Part shown: piece after piece, positions 1 through 11,012 of the stretch | Layout: every line of letters begins with the position of its first letter | Numbering within the stretch: the stretch's first letter is position 1 | NCBI GenBank assembly: GCA_002011035.2 | Contig: MTLY02000002.1 | Location: 384,001 to 448,000, forward strand | Reading direction: 5' to 3' | Length of the DNA stretch: 64,000 bases | DNA from: Candidatus Hecatella orcuttiae | Lineage (GTDB): Archaea; Thermoproteota; Bathyarchaeia; Hecatellales; Hecatellaceae | The notes under the pieces: model-generated | Databases searched by the model: none | What the model saw: the letters and a program-made list of their open reading frames with translations, nothing else | Told to the model about the DNA's origin: nothing | Translations under genes and position numbers: made by a program

Positions 1-877
1 AGCTTCCATACACTTGACGGAGCGCTGTGTACAGTTCCTTTTCTTTTCTCTCCATCCTGTCGATTTCAAACCAGAAGGGTGGTGCAAAGACCTTGGAAAC
101 AACTTCAAGAGGCAGACCATGGACACGCCTCAGAAGGTCTAAAGCGTAAACCAGAACCTCGGTATCGGTGTGCATGGTGCAAAGGTAACGGTACATTTCT
201 AGGTAGCGGCGGTTGGTGCCATAGGATGAAATTTCACCATTGTGGACCACAGCCCAGTCGAGGACACTGAAAGGCTGAGCGCCGCCCCACCAGCCGGGCG
301 TGTTGGTGGGGAACCTCCCATGAGCCGTCCACATGTAGCCCTCATACTCTTCCAAGCAGAAGTATTCAGCGGCATCCTCAGGGTAGCCGACGCCTTTGAA
401 GACACCCATATCCCGTCCGCTGGAAAACACGAAAGCACCCTCAATGGCATTGTTGACTGTCATTACCTTTTCCAACACGTAGTCATCCCAGGAAGAACGT
501 CCACAGCCTTTCTTCGGTTGCAGAAAGTACCGCCACAGCAAGGGCGGGTTTGAGAGTTGAATGTTGTTGTTCGTGGGGATTTCCTCGGTGAGATGGAGGT
601 TGAAGTGCTTGGCCAGAAATTCTTCAGTTCGCCTCTTCGCCGTCGTGTTTTCATACATCAGGTGGAAGGCATAGTAATCCCTGTAGTCGGGGTAAAGCCC
701 GTAGACGGCGAAGCCTCCTCCCAAGCCGTTGCCCCGCTCCCGCATGTTGGCCATGGCTCTGATGATGTCTTTTCCGTCGAATCTTCTTCCACCGCGGTCC
801 ATAACCCCGAAGAGAGAGCAGGCCTCCACCACCTTAGAATCTCGGTAGGGGTTGTTTGCGCAGCCTAGGTTCTCCAT
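1..877 (-). CDS. gltB: Glutamate synthase domain 1 (class II glutamine amidotransferase, archaeal GltB1-like), runs off the window start
   Basis: Not in the ORF track because it is open at the edge. Manual translation from ATG at 877: MENLGCANNPYRDSKVVEACSLFGVMD...RERGNGLGGGFAVYG...VVHNGEISSYGTN, typical GATase-II/GltB1 motifs. Confidence 0.85.
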   Translation of the reverse strand, partial: MENLGCANNPYRDSKVVEACSLFGVMDRGGRRFDGKDIIRAMANMRERGNGLGGGFAVYGLYPDYRDYYAFHLMYENTTAKRRTEEFLAKHFNLHLTEEIPTNNNIQLSNPPLLWRYFLQPKKGCGRSSWDDYVLEKVMTVNNAIEGAFVFSSGRDMGVFKGVGYPEDAAEYFCLEEYEGYMWTAHGRFPTNTPGWWGGAQPFSVLDWAVVHNGEISSYGTNRRYLEMYRYLCTMHTDTEVLVYALDLLRRVHGLPLEVVSKVFAPPFWFEIDRMERKEKELYTALRQVYGS

Positions 878-962
878 TCAGTTCACCGGCATCGGGGCTT
901 TTGTTGCCTTTAAAAGGCAGTAGAAAAGTTTATAACCATTTCCTAAATTATATGTCATAAAC

Positions 963-1562
963 ATGTCAGAAAAATACTTAAAACTGAGAAAACTTGACAG
1001 CCAAGAAAGGCAAATAGTACGATGCCTCATCAAAAACCCCCGCCTCTCCGACAACGCCATAGGCAGACTGACAGACATACCCATCCGAACGGTGAACAGA
1101 AAGAGAAAAGAACTGGAGGAAGAAGGCCTACTCAGCTACTACACTTACCTCAACATAGGGCCTGATGGGCTTAAAGAATTCGGCGCAAGACACCTTTACC
1201 TCATCAAATTCAAGCTAGGCATTACTCAAGACCAGATCATCAAAGAAATCAAAGAAGAGCCCAATGTTCGAACCGTCTTCACCGACCTCATCTACGAATC
1301 CCACATAGCTGAAATCGACGGCCACACAGCCCTCATCATGATCATCGAAGGCCAAACAGACGACGACATCAACAACGGCTTCAACGGAAAGATTCTGCCC
1401 TCGTTGGAAAAGAACCATGGGAAAGGATGCGTCGAACAGGTTTCAACCATAAGGCTCAGCAAACCCATCCGAATCTTCCACAACTACCTTCCAATGGTAA
1501 ACATGGAGAAAGGCTTCATCAAAAGAAACTGGGCTGACGACGCCATCTTTGTCATCCCATAA
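963..1562 (+). CDS. Lrp/AsnC-like winged-helix transcriptional regulator
   Basis: N-terminal LDSQERQIVRCLIKNPRLSDNAIGRLTDIPIRTVNRKRKELEEEGLL HTH; divergent from gltB1. Confidence 0.75.
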   Translation: MSEKYLKLRKLDSQERQIVRCLIKNPRLSDNAIGRLTDIPIRTVNRKRKELEEEGLLSYYTYLNIGPDGLKEFGARHLYLIKFKLGITQDQIIKEIKEEPNVRTVFTDLIYESHIAEIDGHTALIMIIEGQTDDDINNGFNGKILPSLEKNHGKGCVEQVSTIRLSKPIRIFHNYLPMVNMEKGFIKRNWADDAIFVIP

Positions 1563-1583
1563 CTCTATCTGAACAATCAGCTA

Positions 1584-2582
1584 CTACTTCAAGCCAAGTT
1601 TGTCTAAGACTTCAGGGTTGACCACAGCTTCCTTTGGAGGTGCTTCGCCTCTGAAAACTTTCAAGACGTTTTCAGCAGAGTATTCGTAAAGTTTCTCCGT
1701 TGACCTTCTCGCACTGTCTCCGATGTGAGGTGTCACCACCACATTTTCCAGCTGGAATAAGGGATTATCTGGTTTCGCCGGCTCCTCCTCGAAAACATCC
1801 AACCCTGCACCGGCGATACGTCCTTCTTTCAACGCCTTGTAGAGAGCTTTTTCATCTATTATAGCCCCTCTGGCCGTGTTGACGATGTAGGCTGTGGGCT
1901 TCATTTTTTTAAATTGGTCTTCGCCGATGAGATGCTTTGTCTCTTGGGTAAGCAAGGCGTGGATGGTGATGACTTCCGCCTCCTTGACCAAGGTTTCAAG
2001 GTCTACCAAGGATGCGCCGACCTCCGCAGCGCTTTCCTTTGAGACATAGGGGTCGTAGGCCAGAATCCTAACATCGAACCCGCGAAGTTTCTTAGCCACA
2101 AGTCTTCCTATGCTTCCCAGCCCGATGATTCCCACGGTGCATTCGGAAAGCTCATCCCCCACCAGCTTACCGCCCCTCCAACCTCCAGCTTTGAGGTGAG
2201 CCATGGCCAGAGGAACCTTTCTCATAACCGAAAACATCAATGCTAAAGCATGTTCAGCCACAGCGTTCGCGTTCACTCCCGGAGCACGGACAACTAAAAC
2301 ATTTCTTTGAGTGGCTGTTTTGACATCGATGTTGTCGATTCCAGCGCCGCACTTAGATACAACCTTGAGATTAGGAGACGATTCGATGATTCTTTTAGTG
2401 ACTCTATCCCGAGCTTTAACGATGATGGCGTCGACGTCCTTAGCTTCCTCTATAAACTCCTCCTCAGTGTAGGGGCGTTCAAGGCCTACCTTGATCTCCG
2501 CATATCCTCCCAGAACCTTTTCTAAAGCTCTGTCCCCAGGCGGGAGGACTTCTGGGACAAGGACTTTAAACTTTCTTTCCAA
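1584..2582 (-). CDS. D-isomer-specific 2-hydroxyacid dehydrogenase (SerA/glyoxylate reductase-like)
   Basis: GIIGLGSIG Rossmann motif, NTARG, GLDVFEEEP, TPHIG. Confidence 0.9.
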   Translation of the reverse strand: MERKFKVLVPEVLPPGDRALEKVLGGYAEIKVGLERPYTEEEFIEEAKDVDAIIVKARDRVTKRIIESSPNLKVVSKCGAGIDNIDVKTATQRNVLVVRAPGVNANAVAEHALALMFSVMRKVPLAMAHLKAGGWRGGKLVGDELSECTVGIIGLGSIGRLVAKKLRGFDVRILAYDPYVSKESAAEVGASLVDLETLVKEAEVITIHALLTQETKHLIGEDQFKKMKPTAYIVNTARGAIIDEKALYKALKEGRIAGAGLDVFEEEPAKPDNPLFQLENVVVTPHIGDSARRSTEKLYEYSAENVLKVFRGEAPPKEAVVNPEVLDKLGLK

Positions 2583-2802
2583 CTAAACCACCCACAGCCC
2601 AGCATAATTCCTATTCTTCGGTGCTCATATAAAATTTAAGCCCCACGTTTCGCATGGATTCATCTGGCCTCTAAACACTTCGATGTATTTTCCTGTTTTC
2701 CATCATGAATAATAAACCGGAATTAATGGCTAACCAGTTCTTGCGGTTGCAAGTTAAAACCTTTAAATTCCCCGCTGTTTTTAAATACACGAAGACAGAG
2801 TT

Positions 2803-4074
2803 ATGGATGTTGTTCTTGTCAATCCTCCTGTTGAAGTTTCTCGAGAGTTAGAGGTTACTTCCGCCAGCTATGGCTTAGCCAATATGCCTCCTCTAGGCCT
2901 CCTCTATCTTGCCTCTTCACTGAAAGCAAGCGGCTTCCAGGTTAAAGTTGTTGACTGTAATGCGCGTTTACATCTCATAAGGAGCGCAGAGGAGGCTGCA
3001 AAGATAGTCACAGCCGAAAAGCCTTCCGTGATCGGGATTTCGGCTACAACTCCTCAGCTGAGAGGTGCGGTTCGACTTGCTAAAGCCTCCAAGCTAACCC
3101 TTGGAAAAGATGTTACCATAGTTTTAGGCGGAAGTCACGTCACCTCCGAGCCCAATTTCATTAAAGCCTTCCCAGAAATAGACACTGGCTTCATAGGGGA
3201 GGGAGAAATATCTTTTCCGCTACTTGTTAAAAAAATCCTCAACGGGGAAAAGATTAAAGGCGAACATCATGGTATTGCACCTCAAAACCTCGACGCGTTG
3301 CCTTTTCCAGCTAGGGAGTTGATAAAAAAATCAGACTACTTTGAACATGGGAAAGAGTTCGCAAACATTTCAACATTGAGAGGCTGCCCCTACAATTGCG
3401 TATTTTGCAATGTTCCCGCCACAATGGGTCGAAAGCTCAGATTCCGATCAGCAGCCAACGTCGTGGATGAAATGGAAAAAGTCGGAAAAGAATATGACTG
3501 GCATTTTTATTTGGTGGACGATATTGCCACCATTTCAAGGAAGCACATGGCTGATCTATGCTCTGAAATCCTCAAAAGGAACCTAGACGTAGTTTGGGCT
3601 CTGCAGACAAGGGTGGACCTTGTCGACAGGCGGCTTTTACTCTCCATGTACGAAGCTGGATGTCGGTACATAAATTTCGGCGTAGAGTCAGGCTCTCAAA
3701 GAATACGTTACGATGTTATCGGTAAAAAGTTTAGCGATGAAGAGATTTTCAGAGTTTTTAGGCTTTGTAGAGAGATCGGCATCCGCACACTCTGCAGTCT
3801 TATGATAGGTCTTCCCACGGAAACCGTTGAAGATGTTGAAAAAACGGTTCAATTGGCAAAAAAGATCCCGGCTGATGCTGTTGAAATTTCGCTCACAGAG
3901 ATTTTTCCGGCCACTCCTTTATTCAGGGAGGCGGTGGAAAATAAAACCATCGAACCTAGTGTGTATGCGAGGATCGCCTCAGGTGATATTTCGCCTCCAA
4001 TTTACTATGTTCCAAAAGGCATGTCTCTCAGTCAGCTTCTAAATTACAAGAAAACCCTGACTGTTAAAAAATAA
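2803..4074 (+). CDS. Cobalamin-binding radical SAM protein (class B)
   Basis: PPLGLLYLA B12-binding N-terminus, GGSH, GEGE, RGCPYNCVFC. Confidence 0.9.
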   Translation: MDVVLVNPPVEVSRELEVTSASYGLANMPPLGLLYLASSLKASGFQVKVVDCNARLHLIRSAEEAAKIVTAEKPSVIGISATTPQLRGAVRLAKASKLTLGKDVTIVLGGSHVTSEPNFIKAFPEIDTGFIGEGEISFPLLVKKILNGEKIKGEHHGIAPQNLDALPFPARELIKKSDYFEHGKEFANISTLRGCPYNCVFCNVPATMGRKLRFRSAANVVDEMEKVGKEYDWHFYLVDDIATISRKHMADLCSEILKRNLDVVWALQTRVDLVDRRLLLSMYEAGCRYINFGVESGSQRIRYDVIGKKFSDEEIFRVFRLCREIGIRTLCSLMIGLPTETVEDVEKTVQLAKKIPADAVEISLTEIFPATPLFREAVENKTIEPSVYARIASGDISPPIYYVPKGMSLSQLLNYKKTLTVKK

Positions 4075-4191
4075 TATTTTCACCTTGCCATATGCCATCA
4101 AATTTATATAAATGAAACAAATTACTATGGCTTACTAGTCTGGCGAAAATCTAAAGCTGTTGACAGCTATAATACATGTACTAGGTGCCTG

Positions 4192-5082
4192 TTGGTGATA
4201 GAGGCAGTCGGTTACACGCTCACAATAGGGATGCGACTTATTGTTGCAGGCATCATCATAGGTTCAGCTTATGCCCTTGGCGCCCTAGGTTTAACCCTGA
4301 TCTGGGGTGGGGCGAGAATAATCAACTACGCCCATGGGGAACTCGTCATGATAGGGGCTTATGTCTCATTCTGGCTTTTCACGGCCTTCAAAGTCCCGCC
4401 GCCCTTAGCAATTCCCTTTGCAGCAGGGGTGGCAGCGGTTATCGGCCTCGGGCTTTATCTCGGAACCATAGGGAGACTCACAAGAGCTCCTGAGGAGATG
4501 GAGAGCTATGGGTTGATTTTAACTTTCGCTTTGATGATACTTCTATCTAACTCCGTTGCTTGGATGTTCACTTCGGACATTCAGGTTTACAGGTGGATGA
4601 TGGTCCCCATAGACTTTTTCGCCGTATCAACACTTCTCAACCGTTTGATGATTCCTATAATATGCCTTCCCGTGGCAGGAATAGTATTGGCATTGATGAA
4701 TAAAACATGGTTTGGCAGAGGCATCTCTCTGGTAATCGACAACGATCAAGTTGCAGGTTTGGTGGGTGTGAACGTAAGAAATGCCTATTTCGGAATTCTA
4801 ACCATAGGAACAATCACTCCAGCCATTGCAGGTCTAGCTTGGAGCTTTAACTATCCCTTCAGTCCCTTCATAGGCATTGAACACGCCATACTAGCTTTTG
4901 TGGTGGTTATCCTAGGAGGCCTCGGAAGCCCCAAAGGAAGCATAGTTGGCGGTCTGCTGATAGGGATAATTGAAACAACTCTCGTTTACCTGATATCTCC
5001 GGGTTTAAGGCTGGCCATAGCCTACTCAATCTTTATACTGGTAATTCTGCTTAGACCTTCAGGATTATTTGGAAGAAAGTGA
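4192..5082 (+). CDS. livH: Branched-chain amino acid-type ABC transporter permease
   Basis: YALGALGLTLIWG...INYAHGE, VILGGLGS motifs; hydrophobic. Confidence 0.88.
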   Translation: MVIEAVGYTLTIGMRLIVAGIIIGSAYALGALGLTLIWGGARIINYAHGELVMIGAYVSFWLFTAFKVPPPLAIPFAAGVAAVIGLGLYLGTIGRLTRAPEEMESYGLILTFALMILLSNSVAWMFTSDIQVYRWMMVPIDFFAVSTLLNRLMIPIICLPVAGIVLALMNKTWFGRGISLVIDNDQVAGLVGVNVRNAYFGILTIGTITPAIAGLAWSFNYPFSPFIGIEHAILAFVVVILGGLGSPKGSIVGGLLIGIIETTLVYLISPGLRLAIAYSIFILVILLRPSGLFGRK

Positions 5083-6035
5083 AAGTTTTGATGGCTCTAT
5101 TAAGCTCAAAACAGATAGCCGCCCTGACCCTGTTTATAGTAGTTACAGCTTCCGTTCCTGTATTCGGAGGAACCTACGCAGCCAGCATACTGATCATAGT
5201 CCTTTCGTTTATTGCGCTGGTTTCAGCATGGCAGATAATTTCAGGATACGCAGGTTACATACTTTTGGGCTCAGCAGCCTTCTACGGATTAGGCATGTAT
5301 ATGAGCGCTTTGTTAACGCCCATCTTAACACTTTATGGAGCCATACCGGCTTCCGCAGCTGTATGTTTCGCCGCTGCTCTTGGCCTAGGAGTACCGTTTC
5401 TAAGGATTAAAGGTCCCTATTTTATCATCGCAACACTTGCCCTCGGAGAACTCATAAGAAACATCGTCACCTTCACGGAGACTAACTACTTCAGAACATT
5501 AGGACGTATAACTATAATGTACGATTTGACAACTATCCTCTACTTGCTGATAATAAATGCAGTCGCAGTAATTTTGGCGGTCTATTTTATCAAAAATTCA
5601 AAGTTCGGTTTAGGGTTGATGAGCATTAAAAATGATGAAATCGCAGCTGAATCCTGCGGAATTCCGACCACGAAATATAAGCTTCTAGCCTTCGGTATAA
5701 CCGCCGTCTTCATGGGCTCCACCGGAGCCATAATGGCTTCCAGAGCCGGCTACATAGACCCCGACATAGCCTTTCCAGCATACATATCGATCTACACGCT
5801 TGTCATGGGCATAATTGGCGGCCTAGGCAATCTAATAGGAGGAATCGTAAGTGCAATAATCTTAACCCTCTTATTCGAAATATTCCTCTCCATGGGTAAT
5901 CCTTACCCCTTCGGCATCTTACTGGGCATCCTCCTGATACTCAGTGTACTCCTTCGAGGCAAGAGGGTTACTTTACTCAGGATTTTCAGAATGCAAAAGA
6001 TCACTGTTCAGAAACCCTTATCACCAGCAAAATAG
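5079..6035 (+). CDS. livM: Branched-chain amino acid-type ABC transporter permease
   Basis: GYAGYILLG, LRIKGPYFIIATLA, SIKNDEIAAESCGI motifs. Confidence 0.88.
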   Translation: MKVLMALLSSKQIAALTLFIVVTASVPVFGGTYAASILIIVLSFIALVSAWQIISGYAGYILLGSAAFYGLGMYMSALLTPILTLYGAIPASAAVCFAAALGLGVPFLRIKGPYFIIATLALGELIRNIVTFTETNYFRTLGRITIMYDLTTILYLLIINAVAVILAVYFIKNSKFGLGLMSIKNDEIAAESCGIPTTKYKLLAFGITAVFMGSTGAIMASRAGYIDPDIAFPAYISIYTLVMGIIGGLGNLIGGIVSAIILTLLFEIFLSMGNPYPFGILLGILLILSVLLRGKRVTLLRIFRMQKITVQKPLSPAK

Positions 6036-6181
6036 AATCCGAGAGAACTCTCTTAGAAGCAGGGAAAAATCATGGTTTTCCCTCGCATGGATGGGAAAGC
6101 GTATATAAGCTGTGGTGTTAACTTTTGTTATTGAAAAATCTCCCGTTAAACGTAAGAATCATTTCAGGGATCGATGGTTAA

Positions 6182-6916
6182 ATGACCATTCTCAGATTGA
6201 ACAAAATAGATAAACGCTTCGGCGGGATTAAAGCGCTGAAAAGTGTAGATTTTGAAGTAGAAGAAGCTAGCATTGCAGGCATCGTAGGGCCGAATGGAGC
6301 TGGGAAGACAACTCTTTTCAACATCGTGACGGGCTACTATAAGCCGGACGGAGGTTACGTCATCTTCGACAACAAGAACATCACTGGGTTAAAGCCTCAC
6401 CAAATCTGCAAGATGGGCATAGCGAGAACCTACCAGATCGTTAGGCCCTTTAAAGATATGCGGGTTTTCGATAACATTATGGTTGGAGCTAAATTCGGTA
6501 GACCTCTGGATAAAAGGAACCCTGAGAAATGGGCGAGAGAAGTGCTGGAGTTCACAGGCCTCATCAACAGGGCGAATGAATTCGCAAGAAATTTAACATT
6601 CACAGAGTTGAGGAGATTTGAAGTAGCAAGAGCCCTTGCATGTAACCCTAAGATTCTACTGCTTGACGAGGTTCTTGCCGGTTTAAACCCAGCCGAGGTT
6701 ACGGTGGCCTGTGAAATGATTAAAAAAATAAACAAAGAGTTCAACATCACCATAGTCATCATCGAGCATGTGCTCAAGGGCGTCTGGGCTTTGGCGGAGA
6801 AGGTCATGGTTTTACATCATGGCGAAAAAATAGGGGAAGGTAAACCTGAAGAAGTATTTAAAATGAAGCAGGTTGAAGAAGCTTACTTGGGCACTAGGTG
6901 GGAAGCTGTTGCTTAG
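6182..6916 (+). CDS. livG: ABC transporter ATP-binding subunit
   Basis: FGGIKAL, GPNGAGKTT, GIARTYQ, LLLDE, IEH. Confidence 0.88.
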   Translation: MTILRLNKIDKRFGGIKALKSVDFEVEEASIAGIVGPNGAGKTTLFNIVTGYYKPDGGYVIFDNKNITGLKPHQICKMGIARTYQIVRPFKDMRVFDNIMVGAKFGRPLDKRNPEKWAREVLEFTGLINRANEFARNLTFTELRRFEVARALACNPKILLLDEVLAGLNPAEVTVACEMIKKINKEFNITIVIIEHVLKGVWALAEKVMVLHHGEKIGEGKPEEVFKMKQVEEAYLGTRWEAVA

Positions 6917-7613
6917 GGTTGAAGACCTTTATGTGGACAGAGGATCCATCAACGTCCTTCATGGGGTCTCAATAAAAGTTGAAAAAGGAAGCATAACGTG
7001 TGTCATTGGCCCCAATGGGGCTGGGAAGACAACTCTGCTTTTATCCATAGTCGGGATTTTGCCTCCTAGGAAAGGAAGGAACATTTTCAAGGGCAAGGAC
7101 ATAACATTCCTGCCTTCCTACAAGAGGGTTGAAATGGGTATGTCTCTTGTTCCAGAAGGCCGAGGGCTCTTCCAAGGTAAGACTGTTGAGGAAAACCTTT
7201 TGAGTGGAGCCTTCCGAAAGGAAGCCCGATTAAAATGCCGAGATAACTTGGATAGAGTGTACTCCCTTTTTCCAATTTTGAAGGAGAGAAGAAAACAACT
7301 TGCCTCATCTTTGAGCGGAGGCGAACAGCAAATGCTTGCGGTGGCCAGAGCTCTTATGTCAAATCTTGATTTTTTAATGTTGGATGAACCGTCCCTCGGT
7401 TTAGCGCCTATTATTGTCTCTAAACTCTATGACACTGTTAAAAGTATAAGGGAAGAAGGCGTCACGGTCCTAGTTGTCGAGCAGAATGTTCACCAGATTT
7501 TAAGAGTTGCTGATTTCGGCTATGTTCTAGAAAATGGAAGAATCGTTCACGCTGATCCTTGTGATAAACTTATCGAAGCCCCTGAAATTAAATCAGCCTA
7601 CCTAGGATTATAA
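6873..7613 (+). CDS. livF: ABC transporter ATP-binding subunit (true start probably near 6906-6909)
   Basis: GPNGAGKTT, VPEGRGLF, LSGGEQQM, DEPSLGLAP, VEQN, AYLG. Confidence 0.88.
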   Translation: MKKLTWALGGKLLLRVEDLYVDRGSINVLHGVSIKVEKGSITCVIGPNGAGKTTLLLSIVGILPPRKGRNIFKGKDITFLPSYKRVEMGMSLVPEGRGLFQGKTVEENLLSGAFRKEARLKCRDNLDRVYSLFPILKERRKQLASSLSGGEQQMLAVARALMSNLDFLMLDEPSLGLAPIIVSKLYDTVKSIREEGVTVLVVEQNVHQILRVADFGYVLENGRIVHADPCDKLIEAPEIKSAYLGL

Positions 7614-7790
7614 GGTGGCTTCTTTTCGAAGTTTTCTTTAAATCTACAACTCTATATGGCTTTTAGTTTTCACAATAGGTCTTGGTAAATATTAAATATA
7701 TTTTTGTTAACGGCGCAAATTGAGAACCATAAGCTTTTTAGGTGGAGTTCTGATAAATAGAAAAATGGAAAGATTATGGGTGCCTAATAA

Positions 7791-10136
7791 ATGGGAGATT
7801 TTCTGTTTGTTGGAAAAAACGTTCCCCGCATAGATGCTGAAGCCAAAGTGAAGGGAGAAGCTGTCTACTGCGACGACATTGAAATGCCCGATATGTTATG
7901 CGGGAAAGTGAAGCGAAGCCCCTATCCCCATGCTAAAATTATAAGCATCGACACGAGTAAAGCCGAAGCTTTGGAAGGCGTAGAGGCTGTGGTGGCAGGC
8001 AGAGACTTGCCGGACTTAAGATATGGCCTAGGAGTTTGGGACTGCCCTGTTTTCGCTAGGGATAGAGTTAGATACATCGGAGAACCCGTGGTTGGGGTTG
8101 CGGCTAAAGACGAAGAAACAGCTCAGCGAGCGATAGACTTGATCGAAGTGAAGTATGAAGAGTTACCTGCTATCTTCGATCCTGAAGAGGCTATGAAACC
8201 TGATTGTCCCGTGGTCATCCATCCAGACTTTTGGAAGTATAAAATAGTATGGCCGGGGGGCTGTTCACCCACTCTGACGAAAGCGCTGGAAATACCCAAT
8301 ATCACGAACTATTTTCGAGTTCGAATAGGAGATGTTGAGAAGGGGTTTAAAGAGTCGGACTTGATTGTTGAAAACGATTACACTTATCAATGGGTTCATC
8401 CTTCTGAGCTAGAACCGCACTGCTCTATAGCAAAAGTAGATCCGGCGACAGGAGATGTAACTGTCTGGACTTCAAGCCAGTGCCCCTACATGGTTAGAAC
8501 TGAGATATGCGACGGCCTCGGGCTTTCACCCTCGAAAATAAGGATAATTGTACCCTACGTAGGCGGCGGCTTTGGAAATAAGCTTGAGATGGTGACAGAG
8601 TCGATGTGTGTTGCGTTGGCTCAGAGAACTGGAGGTAAACCTGTAAAGCTGAGGTGGAGCAGAGAGGAAATGTTCACAATAACAGCTCAGCCGGCGATAA
8701 TCCACATCAAGGATGGTGTAAAGAAGGACGGGACACTTGTTGCTCGAGAAATGAAAGTAATCATGAATATGGGCGCCTATGCGGGTTGGACGCAGCTGAA
8801 AGTTAAAAATGCCATGTATGGCGGTATCGGAAACTATAAGATACCGAATTTTAAGTGGGATTCCTATGGTGTGTACACCAACAGTCCTGTGACTGCATGC
8901 TTAAGAGGCTATGCTGCAAGACAGCCCGTCTTTGCCATCGAGTGCCAGATGGATATCATTGCTAAAGAACTTGGAATGGACCCCATAGAATTAAGGCTGA
9001 AGAATTCGCTTGAAGAAGGAGACAGAAATATCATAGGAGAAAAATTGACGAGTGTTGGTGCTAAAGCATGCCTGAAAGCCATAGCGGAGGAGATGAAGAA
9101 ATGGGGCGCCTTAAAGAGAGTCGACGGCTCGATAAGAAGAGGGAGAGGTGTGGCCATAGGAAACAAATACAGTCTTCTTCCCATAGCAGACAGTGCCATC
9201 GTCAAGGTTCACGAGGATGGAACGGTGGAGGTTAGGACCAGCGGGATTGACATGGGACAAGGATATTACACGTTGGCGGCGATGGTGGCGGCGGAAGAGT
9301 TTAAGCTACCTCTTGAAAAAGTTAAGGTGGTGATGGCTGATACTGCTATTACGCCCTTCGGCTTCGGAGCCAGCTCCAACTCGCAGACTCAGGCGTGCGG
9401 CGTCGCCATCAGGGAAGCATGCCGGGATGCCAAAATGCAAATTTTCAAAAAAGCTGGCGAAAAATTAGATGTGAAGGCTGATGAACTTGATATGGAAAAC
9501 GGCAAGATCTACGTTAAAAACGATCCCTCAAAATCGATGATGATCGGGGATCTATTCGCCTACATGCCTCTGGCAGGTACTTTCTATGAGGAGGGGGAGA
9601 TTCTAGGTAAGGCAACCGCCTACTGGAAACCCGCCCCCATGGATCCTGAAACAGGCAAATGTGAGAGGGCCGCAAATTATTATGGATACTCAGCGCAGGC
9701 TGTAGAAGTGGAAGTGGATGTTGAAACAGGAGAAGTGAAAGTGGTGAAACTTGTTAATGCTTTGGACTGCGGTAGACCCATTCTTCCCTTTGCGGTGGAA
9801 GGGCAAGCGGAAGGCTGTGCAAGCATGAACTTAGGCTTCGGCTTATTCGAAGAGATCTATCTAGATAAAGGGAAAGTTCTTAACCCAAACTTTACAGACT
9901 ACAAGATCCCGACCATTCTAGACCATCCTTCAGTTGAGTATTATAAGGCTATACTTGTGGAAGCACCCCACGAGCCTGAGCGAGTTTGGGGAGCTAAAGG
10001 GGTGGGCGAAGCGGCTAACACCGTAGGAGCACCAGCCGTAGCCAACGCGATAGCTGACGCCCTAGGAATCAGAATCCATGACCTCGCAATAACGCCTCAA
10101 AAAATTCTCCGTGCGTTAAAGGCCGGAGGCAGGTGA
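7791..10136 (+). CDS. Xanthine dehydrogenase family molybdopterin-binding large subunit
   Basis: RSPYPHAKI, VGGGFGNK, LRGY, DMGQG, AKGVGE. Confidence 0.92.
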   Translation: MGDFLFVGKNVPRIDAEAKVKGEAVYCDDIEMPDMLCGKVKRSPYPHAKIISIDTSKAEALEGVEAVVAGRDLPDLRYGLGVWDCPVFARDRVRYIGEPVVGVAAKDEETAQRAIDLIEVKYEELPAIFDPEEAMKPDCPVVIHPDFWKYKIVWPGGCSPTLTKALEIPNITNYFRVRIGDVEKGFKESDLIVENDYTYQWVHPSELEPHCSIAKVDPATGDVTVWTSSQCPYMVRTEICDGLGLSPSKIRIIVPYVGGGFGNKLEMVTESMCVALAQRTGGKPVKLRWSREEMFTITAQPAIIHIKDGVKKDGTLVAREMKVIMNMGAYAGWTQLKVKNAMYGGIGNYKIPNFKWDSYGVYTNSPVTACLRGYAARQPVFAIECQMDIIAKELGMDPIELRLKNSLEEGDRNIIGEKLTSVGAKACLKAIAEEMKKWGALKRVDGSIRRGRGVAIGNKYSLLPIADSAIVKVHEDGTVEVRTSGIDMGQGYYTLAAMVAAEEFKLPLEKVKVVMADTAITPFGFGASSNSQTQACGVAIREACRDAKMQIFKKAGEKLDVKADELDMENGKIYVKNDPSKSMMIGDLFAYMPLAGTFYEEGEILGKATAYWKPAPMDPETGKCERAANYYGYSAQAVEVEVDVETGEVKVVKLVNALDCGRPILPFAVEGQAEGCASMNLGFGLFEEIYLDKGKVLNPNFTDYKIPTILDHPSVEYYKAILVEAPHEPERVWGAKGVGEAANTVGAPAVANAIADALGIRIHDLAITPQKILRALKAGGR

Positions 10137-10143
10137 AAGGACG

Positions 10144-11010
10144 ATGTGGGCTGGGTTTGAGTATTTTAAGCCGGCAACCTTGAAAGAAGCCTGTCTCCTT
10201 CTCGCCAAGTACAAAAGTGAAGCAACGGTCTTCGCAGGCGGAACAGACTTATTGGTGAGTATGAGAACAGGTGGGACTAAGCCAAGATATCTGATAGATA
10301 TAAAAGCGATTCCGGAGCTCAGTCGAATAAAATATGAAAACGAACAGTTAACCATCGGGGCCGCAGTCACAATCAACGCCTTGGCGCAATCGGATGTTAT
10401 CGGAAAAAAATTCGACATTATCACCGAAGCTACAAAGGTTTTCGCCTCCGTTCAGATTAGGAATAGGGCAACAATAGGTGGAAATCTCTGCCGTGCATCT
10501 CCCTCCTCCGATATGGTGCCACCGCTCTTAGTCTTGGATGCTATGCTCACAGCGATAAGCGATAAAGGAGAAAGAGATATTCCAATCAAAGATTTTTTCA
10601 TAGGCCCTGAAAGAACATCTCTGGAGCAAGGTGAAATGCTGAAAGAAATTCGAGTACCAACTCCTCCCCAAAACATGGGCGCAACGTTTTTGAAAGTTAG
10701 GAGAACAGGGGTTGACCTTGCTGTAGTTAATGTTGCTGTAGCTGTGGAGCTCAGCGAAAACAAATTTAAAGATGTTAAAATCTCTCTGGGCGCTGTTGCT
10801 CCAACGCCGATGAGAGCTTTAAAGGCTGAAGCGTTGCTCAAAGGTGAAGCATGCACGGATGAAAACATTGAGAGAGCTGCGGAGATGGCGTCCAGTGAAA
10901 CCAGCCCCATAACCGATGTGCGTTCAACCGCAGAGTACAGGAGGGAAGTAAGCAGAGTGCTGGTTAAGCGGGCTCTAAAAAATGCAATTCAAAAAGTGGG
11001 AGGTCGATAA
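10144..11010 (+). CDS. Xanthine dehydrogenase family FAD-binding medium subunit
   Basis: AGGTDLL, QIRNRATIGGN, DVRSTAEYR. Confidence 0.92.
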   Translation: MWAGFEYFKPATLKEACLLLAKYKSEATVFAGGTDLLVSMRTGGTKPRYLIDIKAIPELSRIKYENEQLTIGAAVTINALAQSDVIGKKFDIITEATKVFASVQIRNRATIGGNLCRASPSSDMVPPLLVLDAMLTAISDKGERDIPIKDFFIGPERTSLEQGEMLKEIRVPTPPQNMGATFLKVRRTGVDLAVVNVAVAVELSENKFKDVKISLGAVAPTPMRALKAEALLKGEACTDENIERAAEMASSETSPITDVRSTAEYRREVSRVLVKRALKNAIQKVGGR

Positions 11011-11012
11011 GC

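Noticed and set aside
79-868. Short plus-strand ORFs at the window start
   Set aside because: Antisense to the edge-truncated glutamate synthase domain 1 gene.
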